DNA of 64,000 nt from positions 544,001-608,000 of the forward strand of contig CAWGAA010000001.1 in the NCBI GenBank assembly GCA_963820525.1. The letters run 5' to 3'. The stretch comes from an uncultured Spirochaetota bacterium (lineage in GTDB: Bacteria; Spirochaetota; Spirochaetia; SZUA-6; Fen-1364). Each line of letters begins with the position of its first letter. Within the stretch, counting starts at the first letter, position 1. Below are positions 27,794 through 39,660 of this stretch, piece by piece. The notes below the pieces were generated by a model. It was not told the origin of the DNA, did not search any database, and saw nothing but the letters and a program-made list of their open reading frames with translations. The position numbers and the translations under genes were made by a program.

Positions 27794-28463
27794 GCACGTC
27801 CGTGATGACGAGCTCCCTGCCGGTGGAAAGGTAGCCGAGGCGCACGTAGCCCGTCCATTCTTCCCGCGAAACCAGGAAAAGAAACCTCCCGCTCCCACGG
27901 TTCCATGCGACCGCGTCTATCCTCAACAGTCCGGAAAGGAGGACCGGTTTCACCGCGTCGGAGACGAGGAGCCTCCCCTCGACCATCATCGCGCCGTCCC
28001 CCTGCTCGATCACGGTGAGCTCATCCACCCGCTTCTGGACGAAGAGCACGACCCAGACCTGCTCGTCCCCCGAATACGCGACGCCCCAGCCCGTCTGGGT
28101 CCAGTACGGCCTGAAGATCTCGGCCCTGTGGTCCGGGCTCTGAAGCCAGGCGGCCTCGATCCCGGAGAGGGATGCCCCCGCCCCGATGATCTCCCCGACG
28201 CGGGCGGACGTTCCTCCCATGCGCAGGCAGCGGGTGAGCGCATCGGAGCCGTCAGGACCGATGTGGGAGATGCGGCCCAGCGCGGCAAGCTGTCCGGCGT
28301 AGGCCTGAGCCGTTTCCATGAGGATCGTATCCATGCCCAGAGTTTGGACCGCGCCGCCGCGTATCCGGTTGAGCCAGGAGAGAGGGTCCTCTGAAGGCGC
28401 GGCCCCGGCCGCGGCGGCCGCCATGAGAGCCAGAAGAATGACGGGCAGGGGCGCTCTTTTCAT
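27744..28463 (-). CDS. Secreted CAP (SCP/PR-1) domain protein
   Basis: Signal peptide; AQAYA, ISHIGPDGS, GEIIGAG, WLQSPDHR. Confidence 0.8.
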   Translation of the reverse strand: MKRAPLPVILLALMAAAAAGAAPSEDPLSWLNRIRGGAVQTLGMDTILMETAQAYAGQLAALGRISHIGPDGSDALTRCLRMGGTSARVGEIIGAGASLSGIEAAWLQSPDHRAEIFRPYWTQTGWGVAYSGDEQVWVVLFVQKRVDELTVIEQGDGAMMVEGRLLVSDAVKPVLLSGLLRIDAVAWNRGSGRFLFLVSREEWTGYVRLGYLSTGRELVITDVLTSPRGTGSPGAGSHS

Positions 28464-28473
28464 GAATACCGAG

Positions 28474-28503
28474 ATTCTATATAGTTATTCACGGCTTTTT
28501 CAA
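28474..28503 (-). promoter_or_regulatory. Putative promoter of the CAP gene
   Basis: TTGAAA-N18-TAGAAT, 10 nt before ATG. Confidence 0.5.
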
Positions 28504-28522
28504 GGAAAAACCCCGGAGAAAC

Positions 28523-30577
28523 ATGATGGCAGACCTCGACAGGATCCGCAACATCGGGATCATCGCACACATCGACGCCGGCAAGACCACGACCACGGAG
28601 CGAATCCTGTACTTCACGGGCAAGACCCACAGGATGGGAGAGGTCGACAACGGAGAAGCCACCATGGACTGGATGGACCAGGAGCAGGAGCGCGGCATCA
28701 CGATCACCGCCGCGGCCACAACCTGCTACTGGCGGGAGCGGCAGATCAACATCATCGACACGCCGGGCCACGTGGATTTCACGGCCGAGGTCGAGCGCAG
28801 CCTGCGCGTCCTGGACGGCGTCGTGGCCATCTTCGACGCCGTGGGGGGCGTGGAGCCCCAGTCCGAGACCGTCTGGCACCAGGCCGACCGCTATCGCGTG
28901 CCCAAGATCTCCTACGTCAACAAGATGGATCGCGTGGGGGCGAACTTCCCCGGAGTCCTGGAGGAGATGCGCGCGAAGCTCGCCACCCTGCCGCTTCCGC
29001 TGGAGATCCCCATCGGCAAGGAAGGCGAGTTCGAGGGGGTGATCGACCTCCTGGAAATGAAGGAGATCCGCTGGAGCTTCGAGGACCAGGGCGCCACACT
29101 CGACCGCACTGCCGTGGCGCCGTCACGAGAAGTTGAAGCCCGCGCGTGGCGCGAGAAGCTCATCGATAATCTGGGCAGCATCTCGGACGAGCTCACCGAG
29201 CTCTACCTCAAGGGGGGCGAGATCGGCGTGCCGCTCTTGAGGAAACTCATCAGGCAGGGGACGCTTGCCGGCTCATTCACGCCCGTGCTCTGCGGCGCGA
29301 GCCTCAGAAACATCGGCGTTCAGCCAGTCCTGGATGCCGTGGTGGACTTCCTGCCCTCCCCCCTCGACGTCCCGCCCGTCACGGGGCATCACGCCAAGAA
29401 GAACGACGCCGTGCAGGTCCCGTGCAAGCCCGAATCGTTCGCCCTGGCCCTGCTGTTCAAGCTCCAGGCCAACCGCGAGGCGGGAAACCTCTGCTATATA
29501 CGGATGTACTCGGGCCGGCTGAAGGAAGGCCAGACCGTGTACAACATCAACAAGAAAAAGAGGGAGAGAATCAACAGGCTCTTGCGGATGCATGCCAATC
29601 ACTCCGAGCAGCTCCCCCAGGTGGAAGCGGGGGATATCGCCGTGGTGATAGGGCTCAAGGGCTCCCAGACCGGAGATACCCTCGGCGTGGAAGCCTTCCC
29701 CATCCTTTTGGAGAAGATGCACTTCCCCGAGCCCGTCATCTCGGTGGCCATAGAGCCCAAGACCCTTTCGGAGCGCAAGAAGCTCTCCGACGTCCTCCAG
29801 ACCCTCTCCCTCGAGGATCCCACCTTCACGGTCAAGGAGAACGAAGAGACGGGAGAGCTCATCATCTCGGGCATGGGGGAGCTGCACCTGGACGTCCTGG
29901 TGACGAGGATGCTTCGCGAGTTCAAGGTGGAAGCCCGGGTGGGAAAGCCGCAGGTCTCCTACCGCGAGTCGATCACCAAGGCCGTCACCCATGTGGAGAA
30001 ATACCACAGGACCATGGCCGGCAAGGAGCACACGGCCCAGATCACGATCCGGGTGGAGCCCCTCGCCCGGGGAGAGGGAAACCGCTTCGTCTCGGAGCTT
30101 CCCGACGGGACCCTGCCCGATGAGCTCGTGGAGGCCGTGGAGAGGGGCGTCACGGCCGCATTCGGATCCGGGGTTGTCTACGGATACCCCGCATTCGATA
30201 TCGGCGTCGCCCTGACGGACGCCGAGTATCATCAGACTACCTCGACGCCCATCGCCTTCGAGGCCGCGGGGGCCATGGCCTTCGACGCGGCCTGCCGCAA
30301 GGCGGATCCCATACTCCTGGAGCCGATCATGGCCGTGGACGTCCTGACCCCGTCCGAGTTCCTCGGTGAGGTGATTGGAAACCTCAACGCGCGGCAGGGG
30401 CTGATCGTGAGCGTGGAGAGCAAGCCCGGCCACGACCACGTGAAGGCCCAGGCCCCCCTGGTGGCAATGTTCGGCTATTCCACCAGCCTGCGCAGCATCA
30501 CCCAGGGCCGGGCCACCTTCACCATGGAGTTCTCCCACTTCGCCGAGAAGGTGGGGGGCTTCGGAAACGGGGGTTGA
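28523..30577 (+). CDS. fusA: Elongation factor G paralog, spirochete EF-G2 (recycling-type)
   Basis: AHIDAGKT, RGITI, DTPGHVDF, NKMD, GMGELHL; domain IV loop divergent. Confidence 0.9.
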   Translation: MMADLDRIRNIGIIAHIDAGKTTTTERILYFTGKTHRMGEVDNGEATMDWMDQEQERGITITAAATTCYWRERQINIIDTPGHVDFTAEVERSLRVLDGVVAIFDAVGGVEPQSETVWHQADRYRVPKISYVNKMDRVGANFPGVLEEMRAKLATLPLPLEIPIGKEGEFEGVIDLLEMKEIRWSFEDQGATLDRTAVAPSREVEARAWREKLIDNLGSISDELTELYLKGGEIGVPLLRKLIRQGTLAGSFTPVLCGASLRNIGVQPVLDAVVDFLPSPLDVPPVTGHHAKKNDAVQVPCKPESFALALLFKLQANREAGNLCYIRMYSGRLKEGQTVYNINKKKRERINRLLRMHANHSEQLPQVEAGDIAVVIGLKGSQTGDTLGVEAFPILLEKMHFPEPVISVAIEPKTLSERKKLSDVLQTLSLEDPTFTVKENEETGELIISGMGELHLDVLVTRMLREFKVEARVGKPQVSYRESITKAVTHVEKYHRTMAGKEHTAQITIRVEPLARGEGNRFVSELPDGTLPDELVEAVERGVTAAFGSGVVYGYPAFDIGVALTDAEYHQTTSTPIAFEAAGAMAFDAACRKADPILLEPIMAVDVLTPSEFLGEVIGNLNARQGLIVSVESKPGHDHVKAQAPLVAMFGYSTSLRSITQGRATFTMEFSHFAEKVGGFGNGG

Positions 30578-30633
30578 GCCCGGGCTCGGGCGGGCGGCCT
30601 GAGCCGTCTTCGCGGCGGGGTACCACCGCGGGG

Positions 30634-30756
30634 TTAGCGCGGCTCTTCGCCGGGAGTATCCAGGACGTCTCGAACCTTCCGGATCAAATCCGCCGAGGTG
30701 AACGGCTTGGGAAGGAAGGAGATTCCGGGGCTCAGCACGCCGTGCTGCATGATGGC
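30634..30756 (-). pseudogene. C-terminal remnant of a receiver (REC) domain
   Basis: Reads AIMQHGVLSPGISFLPKPFTSADLIRKVRDVLD..stop; the upstream frame is unrelated and closed. Confidence 0.75.
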
Positions 30757-30783
30757 GCCGGCGCGACCTCGGCGAGGGCCGCC

Positions 30784-30812
30784 TTGACAAATGGCCGCTG
30801 ACGGAATAGAGT
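30784..30812 (+). promoter_or_regulatory. Sigma70 promoter of the second EF-G paralog
   Basis: TTGACA-N17-TAGAGT, AAGGAG SD. Confidence 0.7.
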
Positions 30813-30843
30813 ACGCAAATCCTCACACCGTAAGGAGTTCACC

Positions 30844-32910
30844 ATGAGTATTCCCACGGCCACGCTGCGGAATGTCGCCGTCGCAGGACACGGCGGCACC
30901 GGTAAGACGACGCTCGTCGAACAATTGCTCGTCGCCGGAGGCGTGATTCCCAAGCCCGAAAGGGTCGAGTCTGGAAAGACGGTGAGCGACTTTACCGAGG
31001 AGGAAATCGCGCGAAAGATCTCCATTCACGCCTCGCTGTGCCACCTCACCTGGAAGCAGACCAAGATCAATATTCTCGATACCCCGGGCTCCGCGGATTT
31101 CGTCGGGGAGGTGACGGCGGCCCTGCGCGCCGCCGACTCGGCCCTCATTGTCGTGGGGGCCGACGTGGGCGTGCAGATCGAGACGATCAAGCTGTGGCGG
31201 CGGCTCGCACGGACGAACATGCCGCGCTTCGTCCTGGTCAACAGGATGGAGAAGGAGCGCGCCGATTTCTCCAAGAGCATCGAGGATTTGAAGGAGAAGT
31301 TCAAGGCGAACTTCGTGCCCGTCACAATGCCCATCGGAGCGGGAGGATCCTTCTCGGGGGTGGTGGACCTTGTCGAGATGAAGGCTTTCAAGAACGGCTC
31401 TGAGACGGCGGTGCCCGAGGACATCAAGGCTGCCGCGGAGGCAATGCGCCAGACCCTCACCGAGTCGGCCGCGGAAGGGGACGACTCTCTCATCGAAAAA
31501 TACTTCGCCGAGGGGAAGCTTTCCACGGAAGAGATCAAGCTCGGCCTTCGCAAGGGCATGAAGGAAGGGAAGCTCGTGCCCGTCCTGGCCGGCTCCGGCC
31601 TTTCCGGCGGGGGCGCTGCCAGCCTGCTGGATTTCATCGCCTCCGCCTGCCCATCCCCGGAAGGCCAGGCGACCGGCTTCGCCTCCGACGGGTCCGAGAT
31701 CGCGCGCGTCATCTCCGAGACCGAGCCCGCTTCCTGCTTCATTTTCAAGACCGCGATCGACCAGTTCGCGGGAAAAATCTCCTACTTCAAGGTCATGTCG
31801 GGCAGGATTTCGGCAGACGCGGACCTCGTGAACAACCGTGAAGGCAGGCGCGAGAAGATATCGAAGCTCTACACCTGCCAGGGCAAGAAGCTGGAGGACG
31901 CGACGGACTTCGCGGCCGGAGACCTCGGGCTGATCGTCAAGAGCGCCAGCCTCAAGACCAACGACACCCTCCATTCGCCCGATGCCCCGATCCGCTACCC
32001 CGAGCTCGAGCTTCCCACCCCCGTCCATTCCCTCGCCATCAGCGCCAAGGCCAAGAAGGACGAGGACAAGATGAACCAGATGCTGCAGCGCACCACCGAG
32101 GAGGACCTGACCTTCCGTATCTCCTACGACAAGGAGACCAAGGAGACGGTGATCTCGGGCATGGGAGAGCTGCACATCGCCATGATCCTGGATAAAATCA
32201 AGGAAAACCAGAAGATCGAGATGGAGACCAAGATCCCCAAGGTCGCCTACCGCGAGACGATCCAGGGCAAGGCCGGCGCCGAGTACACGCACAAGAAACA
32301 GACCGGCGGCCACGGGCAGTATGCGAAGGTCGTCCTTGAGATTGCGCCTCTGCCGCGAGGGGAAAAGTACAAGTTCACCAACGCGCTCTACGGCCAAGCC
32401 GTTTCACGGGGATACGTTCCCGGTATCGAAAAAGGCGTCATCGAGGCGATGGAAGCGGGCGTGCTCGCCGGCTACCCCGTCGTCGACGTCGAGGCCTCGA
32501 TCGTGGACGGCAAGGAGCATCCCGTCGACTCCTCCGAGCTCGCCTTCAAGCTGGCGGCGCGTGAGGCATTCAAGGAGTGCATGACCAAGGCGAAGCCGGT
32601 CCTCCTCGAGCCCGTCATGAACCTCATCGTGTATGTCGATGAGCAGTATCTGGGAGACGTCCTGTCCGACTTGAGCGGCAAGAGAGGCAAGGTGCTCGGC
32701 CAGAACCCGATCGGCGGCGGGATCCTCGAGATCAAGGCCCAGGTGCCGCAGGCCGAGCTCCTGCACTACGCCATCGACCTGAAGGCCCTCACCTCGGGGA
32801 CGGGCTCTTTCGAGGTCGAGTTCAGCCACTACAACCCGATTTCAGGAAGGCTCGCCGACGACGTCATCAAGGCGGCGCAGGCGGCAAAGGCCGAAGCCAA
32901 GAAGGAATGA
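30844..32910 (+). CDS. Elongation factor G-like protein (EF-G II family)
   Basis: GHGGTGKT, RKISI, DTPGSADF, NRME, GMGELH, KKQTGGHGQY, HPVDSSELAF. Confidence 0.9.
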   Translation: MSIPTATLRNVAVAGHGGTGKTTLVEQLLVAGGVIPKPERVESGKTVSDFTEEEIARKISIHASLCHLTWKQTKINILDTPGSADFVGEVTAALRAADSALIVVGADVGVQIETIKLWRRLARTNMPRFVLVNRMEKERADFSKSIEDLKEKFKANFVPVTMPIGAGGSFSGVVDLVEMKAFKNGSETAVPEDIKAAAEAMRQTLTESAAEGDDSLIEKYFAEGKLSTEEIKLGLRKGMKEGKLVPVLAGSGLSGGGAASLLDFIASACPSPEGQATGFASDGSEIARVISETEPASCFIFKTAIDQFAGKISYFKVMSGRISADADLVNNREGRREKISKLYTCQGKKLEDATDFAAGDLGLIVKSASLKTNDTLHSPDAPIRYPELELPTPVHSLAISAKAKKDEDKMNQMLQRTTEEDLTFRISYDKETKETVISGMGELHIAMILDKIKENQKIEMETKIPKVAYRETIQGKAGAEYTHKKQTGGHGQYAKVVLEIAPLPRGEKYKFTNALYGQAVSRGYVPGIEKGVIEAMEAGVLAGYPVVDVEASIVDGKEHPVDSSELAFKLAAREAFKECMTKAKPVLLEPVMNLIVYVDEQYLGDVLSDLSGKRGKVLGQNPIGGGILEIKAQVPQAELLHYAIDLKALTSGTGSFEVEFSHYNPISGRLADDVIKAAQAAKAEAKKE

Positions 32911-32914
32911 AGCT

Positions 32915-33334
32915 CTAGAGAAATGGCCAGGCCGGCAGGAAGAAGTGCAGAATCGCCACGGCCATGCCGAGAAAGCCGAGCGTGGTTCGATAGGCGAGGC
33001 GGGGCCGCTCCTGCTTGTCCACGGATTCGGATGGAAACATGGCGTCCTGGCGGAACACCTCGAACAGGAGCGCGATTCCCATTGCCATGCCGACTCCCGA
33101 GGGGATGAGGTCTCCGATGATGAGCGCGGCCTTTTCCTCCTCCCATGCCGGGACGAAGAGGGTGATGAAACCGACGATGAGAACGGAAAGCCCGACCACG
33201 AGCTTCACGCGTCGAGAGTTGAGGAGCTCTCCCAGCGCCGACAGGCTTCGAATCCTGCGGGAAACCGCCTCAAAGGCAAGCGCAAAACCGGCGATCAGGT
33301 TGAAGGCGATGGACAGGAAAAAGAACTGGAGCAT
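32915..33334 (-). CDS. Hypothetical integral membrane protein (about 4 TM)
   Basis: ATG behind GGAGGGGAG; four hydrophobic segments; own promoter TTGACG-N17-TATGCT at 33353-33381. Confidence 0.75.
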   Translation of the reverse strand: MLQFFFLSIAFNLIAGFALAFEAVSRRIRSLSALGELLNSRRVKLVVGLSVLIVGFITLFVPAWEEEKAALIIGDLIPSGVGMAMGIALLFEVFRQDAMFPSESVDKQERPRLAYRTTLGFLGMAVAILHFFLPAWPFL

Positions 33335-33377
33335 TGCTCCCCTCCCGCCCAGAGCATAGGAGAGAAGCGGGTTTTCG

Positions 33378-33977
33378 TCAAGGTTGCAGTGCTGGCGGGC
33401 GTACCGCGGTTGAGAGCGTTTTCGTTTCCTTCCCGACCCGGATCTCGGCCTTGAGGCTCTTCTCCTTTCCCGTGTACTGCATGCGGCCGCGCAGGACGAA
33501 ACCCTCCTCCACGACAGGATCGGAGACGATGAGCTCCTGGCCCGTGTCGGGAAGAATGAAACGGACCGTGGCAGTTGCAGGAACCGGTTCACTCGGCGCG
33601 GGGCGAGCTCCCCCTGTCCGCGGGGCGAAGGAGACGCTCACCTGGAGCGAATCCTTGTAGGGCGAGGCCCGGAGCGTTACCGAAAAGCGCGAGATGGCGG
33701 CCTGATCCGCGGGCCGCCCGACGAACCGGAAAACCATGATGGCGGCCAGCACGATGATGAGCACGGGAAGGAGCGAAGAGATGACGCCCCGCCGTGAGCC
33801 GCGGGCGCCTCCCCCGAAATTCAGGAAGGTCCGGAAGAAGCCCCTGATCTCGCCGGGATGGGAGGCGCTGGGCATCGAGAGCCTTCTCTCCCGGTCGTAA
33901 TGGTATTCCTTGTCGATCTCGGCGCCCCTCTTGATGCGGAGGATGGGCGGATTCTCTTTTTCAGGGCTTTTCCCCAT
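33378..33977 (-). CDS. Hypothetical single-pass membrane protein
   Basis: ATG coupled to the nnr stop (TGATG); YHYDRERRL motif, one TM helix, beta-rich C-terminus. Confidence 0.7.
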   Translation of the reverse strand: MGKSPEKENPPILRIKRGAEIDKEYHYDRERRLSMPSASHPGEIRGFFRTFLNFGGGARGSRRGVISSLLPVLIIVLAAIMVFRFVGRPADQAAISRFSVTLRASPYKDSLQVSVSFAPRTGGARPAPSEPVPATATVRFILPDTGQELIVSDPVVEEGFVLRGRMQYTGKEKSLKAEIRVGKETKTLSTAVRPPALQP

Positions 33978-35497
33978 CAATCCTCCCGACCGAGCACCCG
34001 CGAAATGAGGGGGACCATGTCCTCCGCGAGAAACCAGCCGGCCTTGGATCTGGCGATTCGGCCCACCCTTCCATGGAGAGAAACTCCGAAGAGCGCAGCG
34101 GAGAGAGGCTCCATCCCGCCGGCGATGCCCGCCGCGATGATCCCCGCCAGCACGTCCCCGGAGCCGCCGGTCGCCATGGCGGGATTCACCCCGTCGAAGA
34201 TCCAGTACTTCCCCGACGGTGCAGCCACGAATGTGCATGCCCCCTTGAGAACGATCACGGCATTCACGCGACGCGAAAGGGAGAGAGCGTGCGCAACGGG
34301 ATCTTCGAGGATCTCCTCCCGCCCTTCGCCTGAAAGCCGCGAGAACTCTCCGGGATGGGGTGTCAGGACCCACCTGCCGCCGAGGTCGCGCGGGCCGCCC
34401 GTCATCATGCCGCCAAGAAGCGTAAGCCCGTCGGCGTCCACCACCCCGGGAAGCGGCAGGGAGAGCAGGTTTTCCAGCCAGCGCGAGCGCGCCTTTGACA
34501 GGCCCCATCCGGGGCCTGCCAGGACCGCGGAAAATCTCTTGGGATCGAATTCGTTTCCTGCCCGGTCTGCCGATTCGTCCCACGGCCTTGCCATCACGGA
34601 AGAGAGCTTTGCGGCGAGAACGGGATACTCTTCCCTGCCCAGAAAGGCGGTCACGAGACCGGCCCGCGCGCGCGCCGCGGCCGTGGCGGCGAGCCATGCC
34701 GCCCCCGTCGTGCCGGGAGACCCGGCGAATACGGCGAGGTGCCCCCTCTGGTTCTTGTGGGCATCCGGCGGGATGGCCGGGAGCAGGGCGCGGAATGCGC
34801 CTTCCTCGAGGAGCTCCCCCGGGATGGCGGGGTCTTCCACCAGCGCCGGGGGAAAGCCGAGGGGAACGACGACGATCCTGCCGCAGAGCACCCGGGCGTG
34901 GGGCAGGTAAAGGCAGAGCTTCGGTAGTCCCATGGTGAGGGTGATATCGGCGCGGACCGCGGGGAAGCCGGCGCGAAAACCGTCTCCCACGCCGCTGGGC
35001 ACGTCGACGGCCACTTTCTTTGCCGCGGAGACGTTGATGGCGGCCGCCAGGCCGGAAAGAGGCTCACGAAGCGGGCCGCGAAGCCCCGTACCGGAAAGAC
35101 CGTCGAACACCCATTCGGCGTCTTTGATGAGCGCACGCGCCTCGCCTTCCCGCTCGGCCAGGGGGATCACGGGAATCCCGAGGGCCTCGCACAGCGCGAG
35201 GTTGGCCGCGGGATCCGTCCCTTCCTCGGGCCTTCCGTCCGCCAGAACGATGGCGGCGCCCTTCGCGCCGTCCAGGAAGCACTGGCGGGCCATGACGAAG
35301 GCGTCCCCGCCGTTGTTTCCCTTCCCGCAGACGAATGCCATGAGCGTGGAGGGAACGCGCCCGCCCCACGCCAGGCGCTTCAGGGCCTGGCAGGCCTTCA
35401 GCCCCGCGTTCTCCATGAGAAGGATCGAGGGGAAGGCGAACTCCTTCTGCGAGCGTCGATCAATGGCGGACATCCGCTGGGAATCGACGATCTTCAT
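33977..35497 (-). CDS. nnr: Bifunctional NAD(P)H-hydrate epimerase/dehydratase
   Basis: LMENAG, GKGNNGGD, AVDVPSG, HKNQRG, GPGWG, LTPHPGEF, MATGGSGDVLAG. Confidence 0.95.
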   Translation of the reverse strand: MKIVDSQRMSAIDRRSQKEFAFPSILLMENAGLKACQALKRLAWGGRVPSTLMAFVCGKGNNGGDAFVMARQCFLDGAKGAAIVLADGRPEEGTDPAANLALCEALGIPVIPLAEREGEARALIKDAEWVFDGLSGTGLRGPLREPLSGLAAAINVSAAKKVAVDVPSGVGDGFRAGFPAVRADITLTMGLPKLCLYLPHARVLCGRIVVVPLGFPPALVEDPAIPGELLEEGAFRALLPAIPPDAHKNQRGHLAVFAGSPGTTGAAWLAATAAARARAGLVTAFLGREEYPVLAAKLSSVMARPWDESADRAGNEFDPKRFSAVLAGPGWGLSKARSRWLENLLSLPLPGVVDADGLTLLGGMMTGGPRDLGGRWVLTPHPGEFSRLSGEGREEILEDPVAHALSLSRRVNAVIVLKGACTFVAAPSGKYWIFDGVNPAMATGGSGDVLAGIIAAGIAGGMEPLSAALFGVSLHGRVGRIARSKAGWFLAEDMVPLISRVLGRED

Positions 35498-35500
35498 CCC

Positions 35501-36712
35501 TCAATCCCCCTTCAGGAGAAGGTCAGACCTCCACCACGAGACGTGCGCCTTTGCGTGGTCGCAGAGCAATCCGTAGAGGAGCCCCGTCTGAGAAAGCCGC
35601 AAGTCCCGATAGGTGAGCTCGGAATCCTCGATGACGATGTAGCGCCTCTCCCGCACCCTGCCGGCGGGATCGAGGATCGTGAGGGCGTACATGTTGGCGT
35701 CCATGAAGCCCATCAGGTAGTAGAAGCCGTTGCCGCTCACCCCGATGAGCTCGTTGGGAGAGCCCGCAACCTCCGTGGTCTTGAAGCCGCTCTTCTCCTT
35801 GCGGCTGGGATTGGACGGCAGCTCCACGAAAGACTCGTAAGCGCCCGACTTCAAGTTCAGCTTGTACACGCGCGAGGAGGCGTTCTCTATCGAGGACTGG
35901 GCCTTCGTCGCCTCGTCGACGGTCTCGCGGAAGTAGTGGATCATGAGGTACAGCAGGGGGTTCTGCATGTCCGGCATGATATTGGTCAAGGCGGCGATGA
36001 GGTCCTTCTCCTTGGGCAGGTGATCGGAGTCGATCTGCACCTGATAGAGCAGTGTGCCGTCCCGCGAATACCAGAATACCTGCCAGGAATCGGGGAGCCG
36101 CGAGACCACGACGAGCTGGTCCTTGGCCGTGACGGTGAGGCTCATGATGTAGGGAAACGGCGTTCCCCCGACGCCTTCCTGCCCCAGGTAGCCCAGCGGC
36201 TCGCCCCGGCGGTCGAAGCGAAGGACAACCCTGCCCAGGTATGCACCCGTCTTCTCGTCCTTTACTCCCTTTCCATCGGGAACGTCGTCTTCGACGTAGA
36301 GTGTCTTCTCTGAGGAGACGGCGATCTGGCCGATGTTCTTCAACGGATAGCTCACCGAGGAACGGGTGCTCACCTTGTCGGCCTGCGTTCCCGTTGAGAG
36401 AAGTACCGGCGCGGGGTTCGTCGCCGCGTTGTAGAGAAGGAAGATGAGATCTCCATACGAGGTGAACACCATGATCTTTCCCGAGTTCCCATTGGCGATA
36501 TAGAACTGTCCGTCCCTCATGTGGACGCTGTTCGTATGCTCTATGGGCTGGCCGTCGAGCTGAATAAGGTCGATCTGGTCTTCCATTTTGCCGATCGACA
36601 GGGAGAAAAGCTCTTCCCGAACCAGCTCCTGGAGACCCCTCTTTTGACATCCTGAAATGACAAGGATCGCCGCCGCGGCGAGCACGAGGCGGGCTCTGAT
36701 GTGCTTTGCCAT
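35501..36712 (-). CDS. Spirochete lipoprotein, probable beta-propeller (LIC12708-like, from recall)
   Basis: Lipobox LVISG-C; FTSYGDL, YLGQEGVGGTPFP; NHL/propeller-like repeats. Confidence 0.7.
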   Translation of the reverse strand: MAKHIRARLVLAAAAILVISGCQKRGLQELVREELFSLSIGKMEDQIDLIQLDGQPIEHTNSVHMRDGQFYIANGNSGKIMVFTSYGDLIFLLYNAATNPAPVLLSTGTQADKVSTRSSVSYPLKNIGQIAVSSEKTLYVEDDVPDGKGVKDEKTGAYLGRVVLRFDRRGEPLGYLGQEGVGGTPFPYIMSLTVTAKDQLVVVSRLPDSWQVFWYSRDGTLLYQVQIDSDHLPKEKDLIAALTNIMPDMQNPLLYLMIHYFRETVDEATKAQSSIENASSRVYKLNLKSGAYESFVELPSNPSRKEKSGFKTTEVAGSPNELIGVSGNGFYYLMGFMDANMYALTILDPAGRVRERRYIVIEDSELTYRDLRLSQTGLLYGLLCDHAKAHVSWWRSDLLLKGD

Positions 36713-36723
36713 GTGTCGAAGAA

Positions 36724-36752
36724 ATACTAAACTCCGCGGCGGGGAGTGTCAA
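36724..36752 (-). promoter_or_regulatory. Sigma70 promoter of the lipoprotein-nnr operon
   Basis: TTGACA-N17-TAGTAT. Confidence 0.7.
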
Positions 36753-36779
36753 CTCGGCGGCGTCGGCAATTGGGCGGCA

Positions 36780-36799
36780 GCAACTTGCGTGCAAGTTGC
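36780..36799. promoter_or_regulatory. Perfect palindrome, candidate operator
   Basis: GCAACTTGC-GT-GCAAGTTGC between divergent promoters. Confidence 0.45.
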
Positions 36800-36864
36800 G
36801 AGAGCCGCGCAAGCGCGATACCGCCCGAGCGCGCCGGAGGCGCGCATTCGAGTGCGCGCTCGGC

Positions 36865-36894
36865 TTGACCCTCTTCTCCCCCCAGGGGTACATT
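36865..36894 (+). promoter_or_regulatory. Sigma70 promoter of secA (probably leaderless)
   Basis: TTGACC-N18-TACATT ending 7 nt before ATG 36902. Confidence 0.6.
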
Positions 36895-36901
36895 TCTGAT
36901 C

Positions 36902-39649
<2,748 letters not shown>

Positions 39650-39660
39650 CGGCGGAAAGG

